From Eledone cirrhosa (Eukaryota), in assembly GCA_964016885.1 (NCBI GenBank), contig OZ024740.1:354330001-354394000 (forward strand): a DNA stretch of 64,000 nucleotides, written 5' to 3'. The notes beneath the pieces are model-generated. The model did no database searches. It was not told the DNA's origin and saw nothing but the letters and a program-made list of their open reading frames with translations. The position numbers were made by a program, and so were the translations under genes. This document shows, in pieces, positions 1-13,611 of the stretch (its first letter is position 1; every line of letters starts with the position of its first letter).

Positions 1-709
1 CTTCATTGCTAACAACACCCAAAACCATGACACTTGCCGGAAACCAGAAGGGTCTGCACATAGCCACCTGTCATTTCTTCTGTTAGTTTTGTGCGCTTGG
101 TCAAAGTTTTTCTCATCTGAGAAAAACCAAATCACACCATCTTCTGATGGATTTTAAGTTTGTTTAAAAGTCTTTTGGATCTGATTAAATGCTTTTCTTT
201 TGTTTTTTCTGACATGAATTGACCTCTCCTCATCACGTAAGATTTGTATCTGATGTCTTCATGCACAACATTGTTTTTTCTGACACACCAACATTGTTTG
301 CAATTGACCTCATTGATTTTCTGACACACCAACATTGTTTGCAATTGACCTCATTGATTTTCCTGGATTGTCATCAATATTTTGCTTAACTTCCTGAATA
401 AATTGAGGTGACCTCATAGAATCAGAGCGTTTGGAATGTTTTTTAATTTTTGATACCGGTAATACACTTCCATCTTCTTTCTCTAACTCACACTGGATCT
501 TGTGGACAAAAGATCTTGCAACTTTCAGAAAACGAGAAATGTCTAAACACCCATGATTAGCCTTCAAAGCCACAATCACAGCATGCCTTTTCATTTCATT
601 AGTAAGCATAGTTATTTTCATTGTTACTTTCTGAAATGGAAGTTCAATAAAAATTAGTCAAATAAAATAATGACTAAAAATACATGTGTCCTCAAATACC
701 GTCCGCACC

Positions 710-712
<3 letters not shown>
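1..712 (-). mobile_element. Tc1/mariner (maT/DD37D-like) transposon 5' part, frameshifted
   Basis: Terminus TA|CAGGGTGCGGACGG at 712; ORF pieces MKRHAVIVAL...PGKSMRSIA (HTH), YKSYVMRRGQFMS and WFFSDEKNF...RNDRW. Confidence 0.85.
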
Positions 713-744
<32 letters not shown>

Positions 745-745
<1 letters not shown>

Positions 746-1092
746 AAGTGCCAGGAAAAGCAATTAGATGTGTCAAAGACATGACAGCCTCCCTAGTGCT
801 GGTGATCTACATAATAAATGCACCCAGTATACTCTTTAAAGTGGTCGGTGATAGGAAGAGCATCCAGCAGTAGATAAGCTACCAAACAAAGGGTCAGGAG
901 GACCCTTTAGCTGTGTCAAAGACATGATAATCTCTCTAGAACAGGTGTCAAGATACAATGCATTCAGTAGAGTGCAGAACTGTATGTAAGAAAGTTGCAG
1001 GTCCCTAGCCCATCTGAGAGGTCAGGTCAGTATCCACATGAAAAATTGACTCTAGCAAGCAGAGAAAACAGACGTTAAATGATGATGATGAT
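745..1092 (+). mobile_element. RTE-3'-end-derived short element
   Basis: ggtgataggaagagcatccagc..gtag and gacgttaaatgatgatgat; follows (TA)n. Confidence 0.7.
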
Positions 1093-1799
1093 ACCAGCAT
1101 CAAGCAAATGCCTTGTCACACATCACTATGAAATTGATAAGATGCTTGCATGTTTCAATAGATTTTCCTTCTCTGTCCCTTTAAAGTAATTATTTAACAA
1201 CAAAGATTGAATTGAAGAGTTTTTCTGAAGACGCTTTGTTTCTTCAAAATGTGTAATGAAATGTATCATGGCACTTAAACTAAAAGAATCAAATGAAGGT
1301 CATTGTTATTATTAGCATGCAGAGCTGATATGGAACTGTTACTATTACAATAATACAATTGAATAAGCTCAAGCTATATGTTTAAATTGATATCAACCAC
1401 AAAAAAAACAAAAACTTATGTATACCTCTCTTCATACCTACATAAATAGTATATACAAGATTATAAAAGTAATAAGTAAATAATTTAAGTCATTTGGCTA
1501 ATTCTGTATTTTTAAATAAAAAAGGAAGAAGCTGATTGTTAGATAAGACCAAGAAAGCAGGAGGCAGGATTTAAACTCAGAACATACAGAGCCAGAACAG
1601 ATATTGCAAAGCAGCCTGTCCAAATCATTAATAATTCTGCTAATCCACAGGTTCTGGATTGGTACTTTGTTTATAAACTTCAAAAAGATGAAAGGCAAAC
1701 TTGTCCTCTGCAGGATTTGAACTCAGAATACAAATAGTCAGAACAAACACTGAGGCATTTAATTTGATACTTTAATATCTTTGTGTCCATTCTATACAG

Positions 1800-2305
1800 A
1801 AACACCCCATTGAAAATTACTTATAACTCTTGGCTTACTGTGATCACATCAATGACCTCATATTCATGCAAGATGGGGCCTCTCCTCATTTTACACACAC
1901 TGCCCGTGAGTGGCTTGATGTCCAAGTTCCATGACGTTGGCTGGGTCATTGAGGTCCACATGAATGGCCTGCAAGAAGCCCTGACTTAATGTTATGCAAT
2001 CTTTTCCTGTAAGGTTGGGTGAAGAAAGAAGGTTATAGTTCAAAATAAAAAAACTTGACTCAATTGAAGGAATGCATTTGTCATGTACTGACCAATATAC
2101 TACCTGATTTCCTGATGAAATCAGTAGAGGATATAACCAGATGATTACAAATACTGGTGGACAATGATGGTGCCTATGTAGAATTTTAACACTGTACTGA
2201 ACTTCTACCATGATACTGTTCAAAATATTACATGTTTTATGAAAATCGACTAATAATTAATAAAGTTATTAACGATTATAAATGGGGTGTTTCTTTCTAC
2301 CAACC

Positions 2306-2308
<3 letters not shown>
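1800..2308 (+). mobile_element. Degenerate mariner-like transposon 3' part
   Basis: QDGASPHF...REWL...HEWPARSPDL with stop codons; ends ...caaccctg|TA(TA)n. Confidence 0.8.
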
Positions 2309-2356
<48 letters not shown>

Positions 2357-2765
2357 CAAGTCGATAAAATATTCACAAGTCAATGAAAACACTTATTTAA
2401 AAATTAGTGTGGGTTCAATCCTCAGTGAACATGTTCTGCTGGGCTGTTTTAATCATGCCTCTGTTTATTACTTATATATATACTATCTTTGTTTAATCAA
2501 GTTGAGGGTTCGCCATTTTGTAGAGAATAAACATTGTATTAAATAAAATAAAATAAACCACAAGACAAAATATGTTGGGGCGAGTTTGTATTATTTGCAT
2601 GTCAAAAATGTAGTTTTTCCATTTCAAATATTTGTATGCACTGATAAATACATTATGAAACATGCATGCACATGCACACATATACTTGCACAAGCAGAAA
2701 ACTTCAGGTTGGGTGGCATTTCTGCTAGTAAAAATTAAATGTAAAGTGTCCAAATTAATACTAAC

Positions 2766-2943
2766 CAAATCCCAACTGATAGCTGCAATCCAATATATAT
2801 TATGATTGGTACCACTGACCATCTGTAAATGTTTGGCATTAGTTTTACGTTCTTCAATCAAAAACAGTGTAAAGCTGGCAGGGACAAATGATAATGCAAA
2901 AAGTACACCAATGGCAATAAGAACATCAATCACACTGGCAACC
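2766..2943 (-). CDS. ABCA1: ABCA1-like exon (TMD2); gene continues beyond window start
   Basis: tcag|...|gttagt; 178 nt, VASVIDVLIAIGVLFALSFVPASFTLFLIEERKTNAKHLQMVSG...WDL. Confidence 0.95.
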
Positions 2944-3319
2944 CTGAATAAAAGAAAGAAATATGGTAACATTACAAATTATCCTTTTTTTTCTTTCTTT
3001 TGCTTGGGTTTTATTCTAACAAGCAACATTTTCTGTAATTTTTTTAGATACACAATAATGATTTTCTTAGTTCCCAAATAATGCATGTACTAAATTCTTA
3101 AAAGTGTGTAAACAAAAAGTATGAAAATCGTCAACATCATTATTTTACAACCATTTACTGTACCAGCATGGGTTTGACAGTTTGTCAAAGTCTGAGGCAA
3201 GACAGTTTAGATACCATACATTGTTCATACGTTCCATATTTTGCCATATTTTGGCAAGGTTTCTATAACTGAATACCCTTCCAAATGCCAACCACTTTAT
3301 AGAAAGTACTAACATATAT

Positions 3320-3700
3320 CGTAAGTCTCAAATTGAGAAAAACAAGTGCATCAAATCCACTAATGGGATCTAAGCCACATATCTTGTAATATCTATCCCA
3401 TATCAGTCAAATGTATCACCTTACATAGCTTCTATGTGTCACAAAGTGGTACTTATAAGGTATAATTCCACTCCTTTAGGAGCCCTGATATGAGAACCAG
3501 TACAACCCTAGTAAAAAGAGTTTGCAATTAAAGGAGAAAGGAGTTCCACATAAGATTAATTGGAAGGTACTTGAAAGGTCTAGACCTTATACCAATGATA
3601 CCAAGAGATGTCTCTGTCTCATTGAAAAATTGGAGATATTATAAGGTTTGTCGTCTGCAAACAATAATTATTTGAACTCTAAGAACAACATTTTTAACAG
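3320..3700 (+). mobile_element. Penelope-like element relic (GIY-YIG C-terminal region)
   Basis: Translates LKEKGVPHKINWKVLERSRPYTNDTKRC-LCLIEKLEIL..NYLNSKN, like the PLE W..L....Y....KRC.LCL.EK motif. Confidence 0.7.
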
Positions 3701-4397
3701 TATCTTCAAACTCATCCAAGCACCAGATGACTAGATCACAAATTTGATCATGCCTACAATCTGGAAAGATTGTCAAAATTGAAACTAGAAACCTTAGGTA
3801 GCACTTTTGTTCTAAGTATGAACATTAATAAATGATATAATATAATCTCTCTCTATTTATCTACATATATATATATATATATATGAGGTCTTGGATATTT
3901 GGCTTCAGTTCTCTCATAGAGCCATCATTATGTAATATATACATCGATCACTTTTGATATTTATGCTCCTAGCTTAGTTGGGCAGTTTTTTTTTTGTGAG
4001 TAAGTGTGTGAGCCATTTCTAGCGTTACGACTTACCAGTTTCATCCTATCAAACATTGTAATTTTATTTTTATTCTACACATGGCTTGAGCAATGGCTGG
4101 CCTTCCATTCTTTGAGAACTAATATTTTTCTAGGATTTTAAGATGTCTATTGACGATTGCTAGCTCTTGGCTTCAGCATTTGCCAATGTTAATCAATGGT
4201 AAATGTAGATGATTTTTGCTGCACAAAATGGTACCATATAGGCCTTGTAAAAACTTTGTGGCTCTGTAAAAATTATGCTCATTTTGTCTCTACCAATCTG
4301 CGACTTGTATGAGAGAAATACACATTCTTCTCAGTCAATCTAGTAATCCACCACTCTCAGTTAATCTATCAGTCTTATTTTGAGAGATAATACTTAC

Positions 4398-4567
4398 ACA
4401 TTCTCCTCAGTCAATTGTTTTTTAGTCAAAGCCATTGGATGATTAACTGTTGTGATGCCATAATTTTCCACCTTTGCTCCAGGTGGTAAAGAAGTTCTCA
4501 GAATAATGTTGTTCATCACATTAGAATAAATAACACTTGATGCCCAGCCTTTATTATTGAACCAAAT
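4398..4567 (-). CDS. ABCA1: ABCA1-like exon (ECD2 end)
   Basis: tcag|...|gtaagt; 170 nt, IWFNNKGWASSVIYSNVMNNIILRTSLPPGAKVENYGITTVNHPMALTKKQL. Confidence 0.95.
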
Positions 4568-4669
4568 CTGAAAAAAAGAAGAAAATATTTTGTGACACTC
4601 TTTAAACTAACAAAAATGGTAAATAAATAAACAAATAAGTAACTAAATAAATAAGTAAAATAAAGAAAT

Positions 4670-5180
4670 AGCCTAGAGCAGGCATTCACTTCTGTATGGG
4701 TGCAAAACATGGATTGTGAGAGCATCCAAGAGAACCAATTAGATGCTTTTGACACCAAATACCTACAGAAAGTCGTTGGCATCAGGTGAGATGACTTCAT
4801 CACCAACAAAGAAGTCCATCAAGTAACCCACCAACAATGTGTGACTCCACTAACGTGTGTCTCACATCATGTGCAAGCATCGACTTGACAGGCTAGGACA
4901 CATCACACGACTCCCAAGTGAGAGACGTGAATCAGGTCCTGTATTGGTACCCTCATGGAAAGAGGTGAAGAGGACTCCCAGGATGAACTGATGGCAAACA
5001 ATTGACAGAGACGTGAAACCTATCAACAAAAGTTGGAAAGATGTATTGATAGATGCAACTGGCCATGGTCATTGGAGCACTTTGGCTGCCTCATGTGTCT
5101 CAAAACGTGGGATGTATTGATAGATGTAACTGACTGTTGTCACTGGAGCACTTTGGCTGCCTCATTTATCTCAAGACAAT
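4670..5180 (+). mobile_element. Old RTE-like LINE 3' fragment (second family)
   Basis: Degenerate LYG.ETW, LDAFD..CL and RGRP-like segments; ~71-bp tandem duplication at 5041-5177. Confidence 0.5.
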
Positions 5181-5947
5181 GTAACTTCTAAGTCATTCCC
5201 TTGTGTCTCTTAGTAAACAGTATCTAACAATAAGAAATATGTCCCTTGCCTGTTATAGACAAGTGACGTGTCCAAAGTATAATGTTATAGAAACTAAAAT
5301 AAAGTGCAAGTTTTAGAGCACCTTGTTGTGGTTGCTAAGCTCCAGGTCAACTCTGGTGGAACAGATCTATATTAAAGGGTGTTCCCACTATAATCATTCC
5401 ATATTTATTTTGACATTGTCTATGTAGAACTACATTATCCAATGTATCTGCTTTATCTTTTTTGCAAAAATAGGGTGCAGCATAGTGATTGTAGTGAAAG
5501 GATGTCAGTGATGAGGTTGTGGAAACATGACAATATTTTTTGGCATTTTATAATATGGACACTTGTTCTTAAAAACAAATGTGTAGAAAAGGTATGGTGC
5601 TGCCTCAATCCCTAACAAGATGCAGAAAGCTGAACTGCATTAGTACAGTCCCATACTCTGGTATGAAGATGTATATATGGTTAAACTGCACTTTGACTGA
5701 ATCTACAAGGCAAACAAACATGTGGAAGACCATAAAAAATGGTGAATAGACAGCTGGAAAAAACATATATACATCACTGCTGTGGACTTTGAAAATACTA
5801 TGGATTATGCAAAATGGCCGAGAGAAAGCAAACAAGCAGATCCTGCACTGAAAAAAGGATTTCAAAAGGTTTTCAAATTGGCAAGCAGCATCTTTTATTA
5901 GAAATAGAGTAACAAAAGGATTAAATATTTATCATGAAATCTCCTAC

Positions 5948-6125
5948 CTTAGCAATATTTTTTGTAATAAAAGCCTCTGATAAACTTTCAATATTTTTCC
6001 AGAATGAATCATTTGCTGAAAAGTTGCTGGATGGGTTATGGGAAAGTCTGTCTATGAAACCGGAAATCTCAGATTTATTCAGTGATTTTAAAGAATTCAC
6101 CTCACCAAAACTGAAGCCACCATAA
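5948..6125 (-). CDS. ABCA1: ABCA1-like exon (ECD2)
   Basis: atag|...AAG|gtagg; 178 nt, RYGGFSFGEV...FITKNIAK. Confidence 0.92.
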
Positions 6126-6582
6126 CTATAAAGAAAAAACAAAAAAAATTACATTGATGATGATAATAATGGTTTCTGATTTAGGCACAAATTTTGAGGA
6201 AGGGGAAAGTTGATTTGATCAACCCCAGTACTTTACTGATACTTTATTTCATCATTCCTGGAAGTATGGAAAGTAAAGTTGATGTTGGTGGGATTTGAAC
6301 ACAGAATTATAATTATTATACCAATGTAACTTACCTAATGTTACACAATTGCCAAATTATACTCCTAAAATTACCATCATATGATGGATCTCACACTAGT
6401 AGTTAGATAATCCCATGTGCATGCTAATGACTAGGTTAGAGACTTACTTCAAAAGATTCTGATCTCAATTTTGAAAATAAGCATAAAAGTAGTAATAAAT
6501 GTTAATATAACAAAAATAAATGTATTTTAAAGTATGAAAAATAACATTTCCAGAAAGTATAAAGGAATAAATGTTTCAGTAC

Positions 6583-6703
6583 CGTTTTTTAAGATATTTC
6601 CTAGTTGTCTTTAATACCCAATCAGAGATATTACGTCCTGTCATATTATACATGACATCAGTTTCTGACAGAAATCTTAAAGGAGGACGAGTACCAACAG
6701 CAC
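6583..6703 (-). CDS. ABCA1: ABCA1-like exon (ECD2)
   Basis: atag|...|gtact; 121 nt, GAVGTRPPLRFLSETDVMYNMTGRNISDWVLKTTRKYLKK. Confidence 0.92.
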
Positions 6704-7470
6704 CTATGGAAAAAAAATAGATTTGATAATTATTTTATAGAAAAAAATGCATGAAGCAACATATAAAAGATGCTCATTTTGGAGTTATACAATGATAAAA
6801 ATAAAAACTTTATTTCAATATTTTTATGTATAACCGAGTTACAGTAAAAATTATCTTAAATCATCATTGTCATCATTTAAGGTCTGTTTTCCCTGTTAGT
6901 AGGGACTGGATGGGTCTTCAGACAAAATCCCTACTGAAGCAGGGCTACTGACCTCCCAGACTGACCCACACTCTACCAAGTCCATTTAAGTCTAAAGTAT
7001 TACCTAATTTACTACTTTTCTGCATCATTTTTCATTTTGTATTTTCAAAATGATCAACATTTTATAAAGTTTAGTATCATAGAACTAGTTTCAGATGGTA
7101 TCAAAAGGCTTACTCATTGTCCACATGTATCTTGATACCTTACACCAGATTTGTAGAACCGTGAGTGACTACAAGAACATCATCTAAATCATTTAAAATA
7201 TTGACAAACTTATATGATATTCATACATGTTAATGCATGTCATGTAAATATTTTTTTAATTATTCATAGGTTTTCTACTAGGCTAAAATATTAACTATCA
7301 CTAACCAGGTAGAATAATTTCTGAGAGATATATGCCACTGAGAAATAATGTCAAAATATATATAAGCATTTTTATTTTAATCAAAAAGCTATAACTTAGT
7401 TTAATTTTAAAATTATTTCAAACAAATAAAAACTACAAAGAAAATTATATATTATAAAAAGTTTACAAAC

Positions 7471-7577
7471 CTTCAGGACAAGTCTGTACTCCAGTATCAC
7501 ATGAACATTGTTTTAATTTGTCTGGCATGGGTTTAGACGTTGTCCAATGAGAATTTTTATAATCACAAGGGTATCCA
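7471..7577 (-). CDS. ABCA1: ABCA1-like exon (ECD2)
   Basis: ccag|...|gtttg; 107 nt, GYPCDYKNSHWTTSKPMPDKLKQCSCDTGVQTCPE. Confidence 0.88.
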
Positions 7578-8024
7578 CTGGAAGAAGAATTTAAAAAAAA
7601 ACATCATATATCATTCCTAGACCTAATGGTTTCTAAATTAGGGACAATTAAATTGACACCAATGCATGACTGGTACTTTTTTATTGACTCCAGAAGGACG
7701 AAGGGAAGAGGTTGACCATGGTGAAATTTGAACTTAGAATGTAATGAGCTGGAATGAATACTGTAACAAAGTATTTTGTCTGATGTTCTAACGATTCTTC
7801 CAATCCAACACACACATATATCATCATTTAATATCACATCTGTTTTACCATGCAATAACACAGGACAGATCTCTGGTGTTATGCAGTACTACAAATAACC
7901 AGACTTCCCAGGGGCACAGGCCGAGACTGTAGCATTTAAATATTATGCACCACCCCACTCCAACTACTCCCATACATCTCCCATGAGGACAGGCTGAAGC
8001 ATGCATCCAGTGAAGTCTTCAGCC

Positions 8025-8287
8025 CACACTGTAAAGTGGTCATGTAGGTGTCATGGCAAAATGTAACCAGACCAAACTGTAAAGTGGTTATGTAGGTGTC
8101 ATGGCAAAAAGCACCTAATACTCACTTTAAATGAGGTTGACACTAGGAAGGGCATGCAGCTGTAGAAACCAAGTCAAAATCGGTTCTGTATGAGCAAGAC
8201 ATAGTCACATGACCTAATATTGCTCACAACAGGATAACTCATCTATCCCGTACCAGCATAGAAAAATGAATGTTAAACAGAGATGAT
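8025..8287 (+). mobile_element. RTE-3'-end-derived short element
   Basis: 48-bp units, aggaagggcatgcagctgtagaaacc, tail running into (TA)n. Confidence 0.75.
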
Positions 8288-8607
8288 ATATATATATATA
8301 TATATATGATGGGCCTCTGCTAAAGTTACATCTACCACATTTACTCACAAGGTATTGGTCAACACAAGGCTATAGTAGAAGATATTTGCCAAGGTGCTAT
8401 ACAGAGAGATTGAACCCAACACCATGTGGTTGCAAAGCAAATTCCATAACCACATGGCCATGCCAGAACCGCTTTTTTTTAAATATTAAACAATTTAAAA
8501 GGACTTTCAAATTGGAAAAGAAAATATAATGCCTTTGATTTACAAGAAGAATACAGTAATTATATTTTGGCTTTTATAAAATGCCATATGTATTCACATA
8601 TAATAAT

Positions 8608-8780
8608 TGTTTCTACTTTTGGCACAAGGCCAGCAATTATCCCAGTGTATTACTGGTACTTTATTTTATCGACCCCGTAAGGATGAAAGGCAAAGTTAAT
8701 CTCAGCAGGATTTGAACTCAGAATGGCAAGGGCTGGTGTTAAATCATGATGTCCGACCCTCTACCGATACTGCCAATCCA
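8608..8780 (-). mobile_element. tRNA-derived SINE (family A) with 24-bp TSD
   Basis: TSD ccatatgtattcacatataataat at 8584-8607 and 8781-8804; A-box TGGCAGTATCGG, B-box GTTCAAATCC. Confidence 0.9.
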
Positions 8781-10741
8781 CCATATGTATTCACATATAA
8801 TAATACACTTTTATTTCCAGAATTTTAAACCTGAAACTTAAGGATGTGAATTATACATGAGAACTAAATAGTATTGATTTTTTTCACACTCTCAAGTTTA
8901 ATGTCATATTCAGGATTGTTTGTGACTGGAAGTAACTTATGTATGTTGTCCAAGCTGTGATGTGTAACAAAAAGTTTATATCATTATAATAATATAATTT
9001 GTTTTTATGATAGTGATGATATATCAAATATTAATTATATTTCATAAGAGATCAAATTGATCAAAATTGTTTTCTATTTACTAACAAATCAGAATAATTC
9101 AAAAGTAAAATATAAAATCAAAATGGAAATGGCAAAATGGTGAAATCTAATTAGTTTCTGTTTATACAGAGCTACCTACTTAGTTTGAGTATATAAGCTG
9201 GAACAAAAACTATACTTCTTAAAATTCTATTTGTGTTTCAATTATAAGAACTAACACAAAGGTGTTCCCAACTGTGATCACCCAGTCAATATATCATTTA
9301 ATATACATGTTAAAATTCAGCATGACAGAATGGTTAAAAAGTTTGTCACAACCATGAGATTCTGGATTCTACCTCACTGTGAGGCATCTTGAGCAAGTAA
9401 CTTTTATTATAAACTCTGGTTGACCCCAAGCCTTGTGAGTGACACTGAGTAGATGGAATCTGTTTGGAAGCCTGTTAGATGGACTATCTATGGACTATTA
9501 AAGAGCTAGCTTCATCCCACATAATTTCATGCTGAATCTCCGAGAATTACATGAAAGGTACACATTTCTGTGGAATACTCAGTCACTTACACATTCATTT
9601 AACAGGTAGGCTGTTCCATTGACTGAACAAATGGACCACACTTCATCAAAACTGGTTGAGTTGATGAATATTTATACTTTAATATAACATTAAAATCATT
9701 TAATGTATATATACAATTTATATAGAAATATGATCTTTTATTTTATTAAACGATTTTAATATTATATTAAATTATATATATATTGCATACACATTAAACA
9801 ATATATTGTATATTGACTGGAATGCCTCTGTACTATTTCTTATTATAGTGGATTATTGAAACACAACAGTTTAACAAGTATATGCTCTTGTAATAGTGTT
9901 TACACAGACTACAAATGCAGTAGCTCATAAACAGAAACTGAATGTATTTTATATTTAATTGTTTTTTCATGTCTGCTTTAGCTTTACATTTTACTTGAAT
10001 TGTTTCAATGTGTTAGTAAAATAGGAAACAACTAACTAGAGAAATATTTTGCTAATAATTATTGATACGAAGAAAAATTTGACATTGGTAACAGTAAAAT
10101 AATGTTTTTGTTTTCATATAGACACAAATTTGTACTATAAATATCTACTCAATCTATGTTCCACATAGTTACATATGATAAAATAGACAACATGGTTTAA
10201 AATATTTTTTTTGTTCGTTTTTTTTTTTTTGCTTTCTGAATATTAAAAATGCTGTATTTCAATTTAAAATTCTCATTAATTATTTGTAATTAAAAAAAGA
10301 AAATATTTTTGAAATAAAAAAATACTAGATCTTGAATGTCTAATGTTCAAAATAAAAATTGAATATTTTTAAAAGAAGGTAAAGGGGTTTTAAAAATCCA
10401 TGCTTAAATGATAAATACTTTGTTCTCTTCAGACAACACAACCATTTGTGTCTCACAATACAAAATAAATAGTAAAATTGAGTGTAATCTTATTTTAGTA
10501 CACTGTCATTACAAAAATTAAATTGATTTTTCCAGAAAAAATAACATGCTCAAGAGATTTCCATAAATTCAATTTTGAATTTGCATTTAGTTTGATTTAG
10601 GACACATCAACTTTTGTAATTATAATAAATTTGGCTAAACACCTTTTCCCCATGCATTGTAATACAAAAGAAAGGTCAGATATTTGTCTGGGATTTTATG
10701 GACCATAATTATGGGTGCTCATTATATAAGAATAAATACAG

Positions 10742-10777
<36 letters not shown>

Positions 10778-10779
<2 letters not shown>

Positions 10780-11736
10780 CATCATCATTAACGACCTCTT
10801 TTCCTGCTAGCAAGAGCTGGATGGGTCTTCAGAAACCGTGTCTGTATTGGAGTGGCATCAATGACTTCCAAACTGTCTAAGGGTTCGCATCTTGCTTACA
10901 TAGGGTTCCATGTTCTACCAAGTGCATTTTATTGTAGCACTAGCACTAGAGAGGTTGTCATGTCTTTGACACAGCTGGAGGGTCCTCCCAATCTTTTGTT
11001 TGGCAAACTTTCTAAGGCTGGATGCCCTTTCTAACAGCAACCATGTTACAGCATGTACTGAGTGCTTTTATCATGTAGATCACCAACACTAGTGAGGTTG
11101 TCATGTCCTTGATTCAACTAAAGTGTCATCCCAACCCTTTGTTCGGCATGTTTTCTATGACTGGGTGCCTTTCTTATCACCAAACACTTTACAGCATTTA
11201 TCGTGTAGATCAGCCTCACTATCACACCATAGTAGCTACTCTCTCTACTTATACACGCATCACCCTGTCAAATAATACCACACCTGCTGTACATCCATAT
11301 CTCCCTTCTCCTCTCACTAACCCCCACAGTTGGGATTATGACCAAAAACCTCTCAAGTATTAGTGCTATGAAAAAGCACTCGGAATACGCTTTAAAGTGG
11401 TTGGTGATAGGAAGGGCATCCGTTGTGGAAGCCATGCCTAAAAGGGTTGAGAAGACCCTCCAGTCATGTCAACGGCTTGACAACTTCTCTAGTGTTGGTG
11501 ATTTACATGTTAAATGCACCCAGTACATGCTGCAAAGTGGTTGGTGATAGGAAGGGCATCCAGCTGTAGAAAGCTTGCCAAACAAAGGGTTGGGAGGACC
11601 CTTCAGTTGTGTCAAAGACATGACAAACTCTCTTTTGCTGGTGCCATGATAAAATGTGGGACCACTTTAGTACTGACTTCGTCCGTGAAGACACATCCAA
11701 CCTTTCCTAGCAGAGAAAGCAGATGTATGATGATGA

Positions 11737-11738
<2 letters not shown>
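10778..11738. mobile_element. Divergently oriented pair of RTE-3'-end-derived elements (minus 10778-11200, plus 11365-11738)
   Basis: (ATC)n tail next to (TA)n at left, (GAT)n tail into (TA)n at right; shared ggaagggcatccagctgtagaa core. Confidence 0.7.
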
Positions 11739-11776
<38 letters not shown>

Positions 11777-12064
11777 GAATACAATATATATATATAACTC
11801 TCAGATATAAAATGTGAAATGTTGGCTTTCGTATATATATATCTACGAAAAGCCAACATTTCACATTTTTAATCTGAACTTTTTGCTGATATGACAGTGT
11901 ATGGGATTTGAATCATTTTGTGATGTCATTTGTGACTGATGTGCTGTTGCTGCATCAGCAGTGTCATCGTCATCCTTTTATGTCATCCTTTTATGTCTTT
12001 TTTTCTATGTTTACAACCCATACACACACACTTATTGACAATTTCTTAAAATGTTGATACTTAC

Positions 12065-12169
12065 GCAAGTGAATATATACTTCTGTTCATACATCTGTTA
12101 CCAATTCCAATTCTTGACAATAGCATTTGTTCCATACTTTGGGTGATGTTACTATATGGAGCATCATTG
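12065..12169 (-). CDS. ABCA1: ABCA1-like exon (ECD2)
   Basis: aaag|...|gtaagt; 105 nt, SNDAPYSNITQSMEQMLLSRIGIGNRCMNRSIYSL. Confidence 0.9.
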
Positions 12170-13228
12170 CTTTGGGGGAAAATTGCAAAAAAAAGATACA
12201 ATTTATAATTTTTTTAATGCTAAAGACCTTTGTTTCTTGTTGAGACATAAAAAATGCATTTTTAAAAACTGGAATGGAAATTTAAACTTAAAAAAGAATT
12301 AAAAAAATATCAATTCAATTTCCAAGTCATAAAGTATTCTTGTTGTTGTCACCAGTGTGGTTATCATTATTATTAAATGTATTTCAAATCACACTATACA
12401 TTTTTAAAACAGAAGGACACATTATATAATGGTGTTCTAAATTCAGAATATCTAAAACAATGATGTGATGCTCATGGCAAAAATACCTTTAATTTAGGTC
12501 TACTCATAAAGGCCGACTGGGTGCTAAACAACAGTTAAAATTAACAATTGTCTATAACCTAGCATTTAACTATATATAATGGTTGAAAATACTTGTGAAT
12601 GTAAAGAAAATACAACTTTCATGTTAGTCTCTGACATGAACCAATATTTGTGAATTGGTATAAAAATGTATATATGCATGCATGCAAACTGTAATGCTAC
12701 GTGGCAGTGAGACATGGCCTTGACTGCACAAGTTCTGTGAAGGCGAGAAATAAATGAAGTGAGTATGCTCTAGTGGATGTGTAATTAATGTTAGTTTGCA
12801 TGAATGACATGTCATAAGTTTGCTAAGAGAAAAGCTGATATCAGAGGAATCTGATTATTTCACATCACAGAATAGATTAAGCATTAAGCAAAATATGTAT
12901 GTGCTTAGGACATCAAGAAAAGAGGGGCACCATAGTGATGTGTTGCGTAAGATTAGTTTAGAGAATTTGATCAAAGAGTTTACAATTAAAAAAAGTAAGA
13001 GAAATCTTTTCAAATATATATAAAGTGGAAGTAGATGATGATGATGATGATCCATATTAAATTAAAATTATAGAGGAAATGTTTTAAGAAAATAAATGAT
13101 CTATTTACAGAATTTTTCAATATATGGAATCAAATAACACCCCAAATGTGTAGCAATCTATTAATTCTATGAGTAAAATAATTCTTGAGTTTTTACAGAA
13201 TTTACATGGATCAACTTCATTATTAAAT

Positions 13229-13611
13229 AGGGCAGTGGATTGGCAGTATCGGTAGAGGGTCGGACGCCATGCTTTGACGTATAGAGTTACGGCCCTTGCC
13301 ATTCTGAGTTCAAATCCCGCCGAGGTTAACTTTGCCTTTCATCCTTACGGGGTCGATAAAATAAGGTACCAGTAATGCACTGGGTAATTGCTGGCCTTGT
13401 GCCAAAAGTAGAAACAATTATTAAATATGGCAGTATCGGTAGAGGGTCAGACGCCATGCTTTGAAGCATAGAGTTACCTTCCTTTATGATCTGAGTTAAA
13501 ATCCCGCCGAGGTTAACTTTGCCTTTCATCCTTACAGGGTCGATAAGATAAAGTACCAGTTATGCACTGGGTAATTGCTGGCCTTGTGCCAAAAGTAGAA
13601 ACAATTATTAA
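13229..13611 (+). mobile_element. Two tandem SINE family A copies
   Basis: ggattggcagtatcggtagagggtcggacgcc...gagttcaaatcccgccgaggttaactttgcc...gtagaaacaattatt twice. Confidence 0.9.

Noticed and set aside
13229-13330. tRNA gene
   Set aside because: The A/B boxes belong to a SINE head repeated many times with a common body and TSDs; no cloverleaf is evident
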